Source: an uncultured Candidatus Peribacteria bacterium
GTDB lineage: Bacteria > Patescibacteriota > Gracilibacteria > UBA4473
Assembly: GCA_964343715.1 (NCBI GenBank)
Contig: CAYFJZ010000006.1
Location: 96,425 to 160,424, forward strand
Reading direction: 5' to 3'
DNA: 64,000 nucleotides
Below, piece after piece: positions 60,883 to 64,000 of this stretch. The position numbers and the translations under genes are program-made. Below the pieces are notes generated by a model. That model did not search any database. It worked only from the letters and a program-made list of their open reading frames with translations, and was not told the origin of the DNA. The stretch's first letter is position 1. Each line of letters opens with the position of its first letter.

Positions 60883-61680
60883 TTAAAATCGAAAGCTACG
60901 AGCTACTTGATGAAACAGAACGGCCGACTTTTTTTCCGATCTTCGGTCTGCCACCCCTTCCACCCGGACAACAGATCCATCATCTGGATCCAGCGCACTA
61001 AGGACAAAGTAGACATTATCAGCTCCAAAAGAATGAGCTGAAAAACGCTCGATAAAAGTCGGGAAACGTTCAAAAGTATGGGCTTGTGACTGCCCCATTC
61101 GGGCTACCCCCTGGTAGCTATTGGCGCTGGTGATTCCCTGAGTTGATTTAAAGGTCTCCCCCAAAGATCTCGCACACAGGGAAAAGCTTTCACTCACACA
61201 AGAATAATCAGAGGCGGTGCGAATGACTCGAAAGGTCAGAGATTCAGACTTGTGTCGAAAAATACCATCCTTGTACAAAAAGAAGCCTTCGGGGATATCC
61301 GCCGTAAATTCGTTGTACTTAAGGGGAACATACGCGCCTTCTTTCTGAAAGGAAGGCTGGTCGTAATGAGTGATGGTTGAAAAGACTGAAGGACGAGGTT
61401 CAGAAGCCCGAGAGACTCGACGCGTATTTTTGGTTCGAGCAATAGATCGAGAACGGTAGTAGTCTTTTCGTTCCGAATAGCTCGAGGACTTTTTGAGTCG
61501 GTAAGAAAAAGCTCGGTAGCGGCCAGAAAAACGTCTTACGTCTCGCTGAGGGGTTTTAATTTTCTGAGTAAAAGTCATTCGGTGATAGGCCTTCCGGCTC
61601 GCCCAGCCAAAAGAAGCCATACTCGCCCCCAAAAGTACTACCCCCACACACAGCACCAACCAACTTCGAGCCACTTTCAT
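60883..61680 (-). CDS. Hypothetical secreted/anchored protein (tandem paralogue A)
   Basis: Same architecture as 60028-60882: ASRKAYH, an Arg-rich linker, C...SFSLCA and an ARSFRF end. Confidence 0.65.
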   Translation of the reverse strand: MKVARSWLVLCVGVVLLGASMASFGWASRKAYHRMTFTQKIKTPQRDVRRFSGRYRAFSYRLKKSSSYSERKDYYRSRSIARTKNTRRVSRASEPRPSVFSTITHYDQPSFQKEGAYVPLKYNEFTADIPEGFFLYKDGIFRHKSESLTFRVIRTASDYSCVSESFSLCARSLGETFKSTQGITSANSYQGVARMGQSQAHTFERFPTFIERFSAHSFGADNVYFVLSALDPDDGSVVRVEGVADRRSEKKSAVLFHQVARSFRF

Positions 61681-61870
61681 AACGTTAACATTTATTTGTA
61701 AGAAAGATGTTCAACACCCTAATACCTACTTCCTTATTCCCAATTCCCACAGAAGAAAGAGTTCTTTGTTTTCCAGCATTCCTAAACCTCACACAAAAAC
61801 AACTCGCTATCTTTACCAAAGACAGCTCACTTTTTTTTCGGCGGTATTCTTATCCCCCAAGACACATTTG

Positions 61871-64000
61871 TCAATTTGTTTTTTCTTGATCAAATTTAAG
61901 TCTCAAGACGGCTCCAAAAGCCTTTTCAAGCGCATTTACAACCATTTCAAAGTGTTCTTCAATATCGGATTCGGTCAGAGTTTTTTTCCAGGATCGGAAG
62001 GCCAGGTGAAACGAGAGATTCTTTACGTCCGGTCCGAGCTTTTCCGCGTCATAAAATTCATCAAAAAACTGAATCGAAATCAACTTATCACTCGCCTGGT
62101 GAGCCACTTCTTCTATCTGGGCAATCAGAACGTCTTTTTTGAGTACAATCGAAAGATCTCGGTGAACCGAAGGATAAGGAGAAAGGCGTGAATATTTCAC
62201 CACTTTGTTGGCGGTACAATCCAGAAGTCGCTCCAGATCCAACTGCACAAAGGCCACCCCGGCCCCTTCGACGGGCAGAAGTCGAGGATGAAGGACACCG
62301 ATATAACCAATATTCTCCAGCCCCACCATCAAAAAAGCCGACTTAAAAGGGTGCGCAAAATCCGGTCCTTCTTCTTCACAGGGAGTAAAAGTAGCTTTCA
62401 CTCCGAGAGAAGAAAGCAGTTGTTCCAGGTCTCTCTTGAGTTCAAAAAAGAGGGTGTCTTCATCGGCCTCCAAAGAAGCGGTAATCATTGCCCCAGAAAG
62501 TCGTTCGGTGATTACTTTCTTTTGCTGCGAAAAGATTTTTCCCAGTTCAAAAAAAGAAACACGTCCGCCCGCTCGTAAATCGGATTCCAGATTCTGAACC
62601 AGATTGTAGATAAGCGTTTGACGCAGACGAACCTGCTGATCAGAGAGCGGGTTCTCGACCGACACAAAATCAGAAAGGTTCGAAAAATCACTCTCCCCCT
62701 CATTCACAAAAGAGTAGTTGTACGTTTCTAGATAGCCAAGAGCCGCAAGAGTAGAACGCATCGACCATTCCAGATTTCTCTGGGGGTTGGGTTTTGGGGG
62801 ATGAAGAGGAAGCGAAGGAAGTTGGGATTCAATATTCTCAAACCCATACAATCGAACCACTTCTTCGATCAGATCTTCTGGAATAGCTATGTCTTTGGTC
62901 GCGCGAAAACTCGGAACATCAACCTCCAACACCTTGTCGCCTTCATGTACTTCAAAGCCCACAGACTGCAGCTTTTGGGCGATGGCCTCATCAGAAATAT
63001 TGATCCCAGAAGCGCGTCGCACTAGTTCAGGATCGAGTTGGATGCTTGTTTGAGGGGCAGGAGAAGGAGCCGTATCAGCAACTCCAGAGGCAATAACCGC
63101 TCCCGGGATTCGGTCGGTCAGCATTTCACAAGCCGCCAAAAGAACAGTCCTACACGCCGACGGATCCAGCGATTTTTCGTATCGCATAGAACTTTCCGAA
63201 CGAAGGCCCAAACGCTGAGAGGTTTTTCTTATCGCCGTGGGATCCCAGTGGGCACATTCAAAAATAATATCTTTGGTGTCCTCCGTAGCTCCAGATTCCA
63301 TTCCGCCCATAATTCCGGCAATAGAAAGCACCTTTTTAGAATCCGCAACCACCGTATCTTCCGGGGTCAAAACATATTCTTCTCCGTCCAAGGCCAATAA
63401 CTTCTCTCCTTTTTTGGCGGGTCTCACCACAATAGTTCCCTCAATCTTAGCCGCATCAAAAACATGCATCGGCTGCCCAAACTCCAGAAGCATCCAATTC
63501 GTAATATCTACCAACGTAGAAATAGCACGCACATCAAGATTTTCTAACCGGGTCTGAACAGACAAAGGAGAAGCTCCCGATCCGCCTACGTTATCAACCC
63601 GAACCGCACAAAATCGACTACAGTTGGCCGATTTTACCTTAAGAGGAACTTCTTTCATTTCCGGAACCACGACCGTGGGTTCGGGAAGCAATAAAGTCTT
63701 CCCAAATATGGCCGCCACTTCACGAGCAAAACCGCGATGACCGACCAGGTCAGGGCGGTGAGTCAGGCTTTTGTTATCAATATCAAAAACCGTATCCCTA
63801 AATTCTTCCGAAATTTCCGGCAGGCTTTTGCCCACCTCCGCATCTGAAAAAGTAGCCAGTCCTTCATTTTTACATCCCAGTTCCGAATTATCACAGATCA
63901 TCCCCTCCGATTTAACCCCTCGTATTTCGGCTTTTTTTATCTCCAGTCCAGAGAGCAGCACTGCTCCATCAAGAGCTACTGGAAACACTTGCCCCACAGT
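61871..64000 (-). CDS. pheT: Phenylalanine--tRNA ligase beta subunit (N-terminus outside the window)
   Basis: tRNA-binding domain fragment (GVKSEGMICD), B3/4, B5 and FDX-ACB domains. The frame is open to the window edge. Confidence 0.95.
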   Translation of the reverse strand, partial: TVGQVFPVALDGAVLLSGLEIKKAEIRGVKSEGMICDNSELGCKNEGLATFSDAEVGKSLPEISEEFRDTVFDIDNKSLTHRPDLVGHRGFAREVAAIFGKTLLLPEPTVVVPEMKEVPLKVKSANCSRFCAVRVDNVGGSGASPLSVQTRLENLDVRAISTLVDITNWMLLEFGQPMHVFDAAKIEGTIVVRPAKKGEKLLALDGEEYVLTPEDTVVADSKKVLSIAGIMGGMESGATEDTKDIIFECAHWDPTAIRKTSQRLGLRSESSMRYEKSLDPSACRTVLLAACEMLTDRIPGAVIASGVADTAPSPAPQTSIQLDPELVRRASGINISDEAIAQKLQSVGFEVHEGDKVLEVDVPSFRATKDIAIPEDLIEEVVRLYGFENIESQLPSLPLHPPKPNPQRNLEWSMRSTLAALGYLETYNYSFVNEGESDFSNLSDFVSVENPLSDQQVRLRQTLIYNLVQNLESDLRAGGRVSFFELGKIFSQQKKVITERLSGAMITASLEADEDTLFFELKRDLEQLLSSLGVKATFTPCEEEGPDFAHPFKSAFLMVGLENIGYIGVLHPRLLPVEGAGVAFVQLDLERLLDCTANKVVKYSRLSPYPSVHRDLSIVLKKDVLIAQIEEVAHQASDKLISIQFFDEFYDAEKLGPDVKNLSFHLAFRSWKKTLTESDIEEHFEMVVNALEKAFGAVLRLKFDQEKTN

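Noticed and set aside
1-64000. A CRISPR array among the many short repeats
   Set aside because: None of the repeat families occurs as regularly spaced direct repeats with unique spacers. Copies are dispersed kilobases apart or paired as inverted repeats. No cas-like gene is present.
1-64000. An alternative genetic code (UGA recoding), as in some small-genome uncultivated lineages
   Set aside because: Long conserved genes (aspS, eno, rpoD, pheS, pheT, tsaD) are uninterrupted under the standard code. TGA is also used as a plausible stop, for example in the GT4 transferase at 4451-4453 and the LTD protein at 17007-17009.

Overview
This is a 64-kb bacterial chromosomal window with about 63 protein-coding genes. 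I could not recognise any rRNA, tRNA or CRISPR array by eye. The standard genetic code fits: conserved enzymes are intact and TAA, TAG and TGA all act as stops. Recognisable housekeeping genes are purC (partial), greA, lgt, eno, dcd, aroB, a class I DAHP synthase, aspS, tsaD, folE, folK, folP, a RibD_C/DHFR-like reductase, an HU protein, pheS, rpoD, pheT (partial), an ECF sigma factor, an NrnA-like DHH phosphoesterase and a U32 peptidase. Envelope and secretion genes are an SPFH protein, an MgtC/DUF4010 protein, a GT4 MraY/WecA-like transferase, a DgkA-like kinase, a LemA-like protein, the prepilin peptidase pilD, a stand-alone VirD4/TraD-like ATPase, a PKD-repeat protein, a lamin-tail-domain protein and a DUF3380-type muramidase. 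Two type II toxin-antitoxin pairs flank aroB. About one third of the genes are unrecognisable, and several form paralogous sets: 41600-49064, 7688/10134 and 60028/60883. The intergenic space is rich in short interspersed repeats. These include a RAYT (IS200-like Y1 transposase) gene bracketed by inverted REP hairpins and 45-bp direct repeats, and three 140-195-bp inverted-repeat (REPIN/MITE-like) elements. There are also a ~100-bp element in two copies, a 20-bp perfect palindrome, and two families of low-complexity words (CTACTCTTTGTTCT-type and TAATTGTTAATTG-type). The word motifs sit directly upstream of start codons or overlap the 3' ends of genes. Gene content and architecture are reminiscent of an uncultivated small-genome lineage, but that is inference only. 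All calls come from reading the sequence and the translations; no database search was run.
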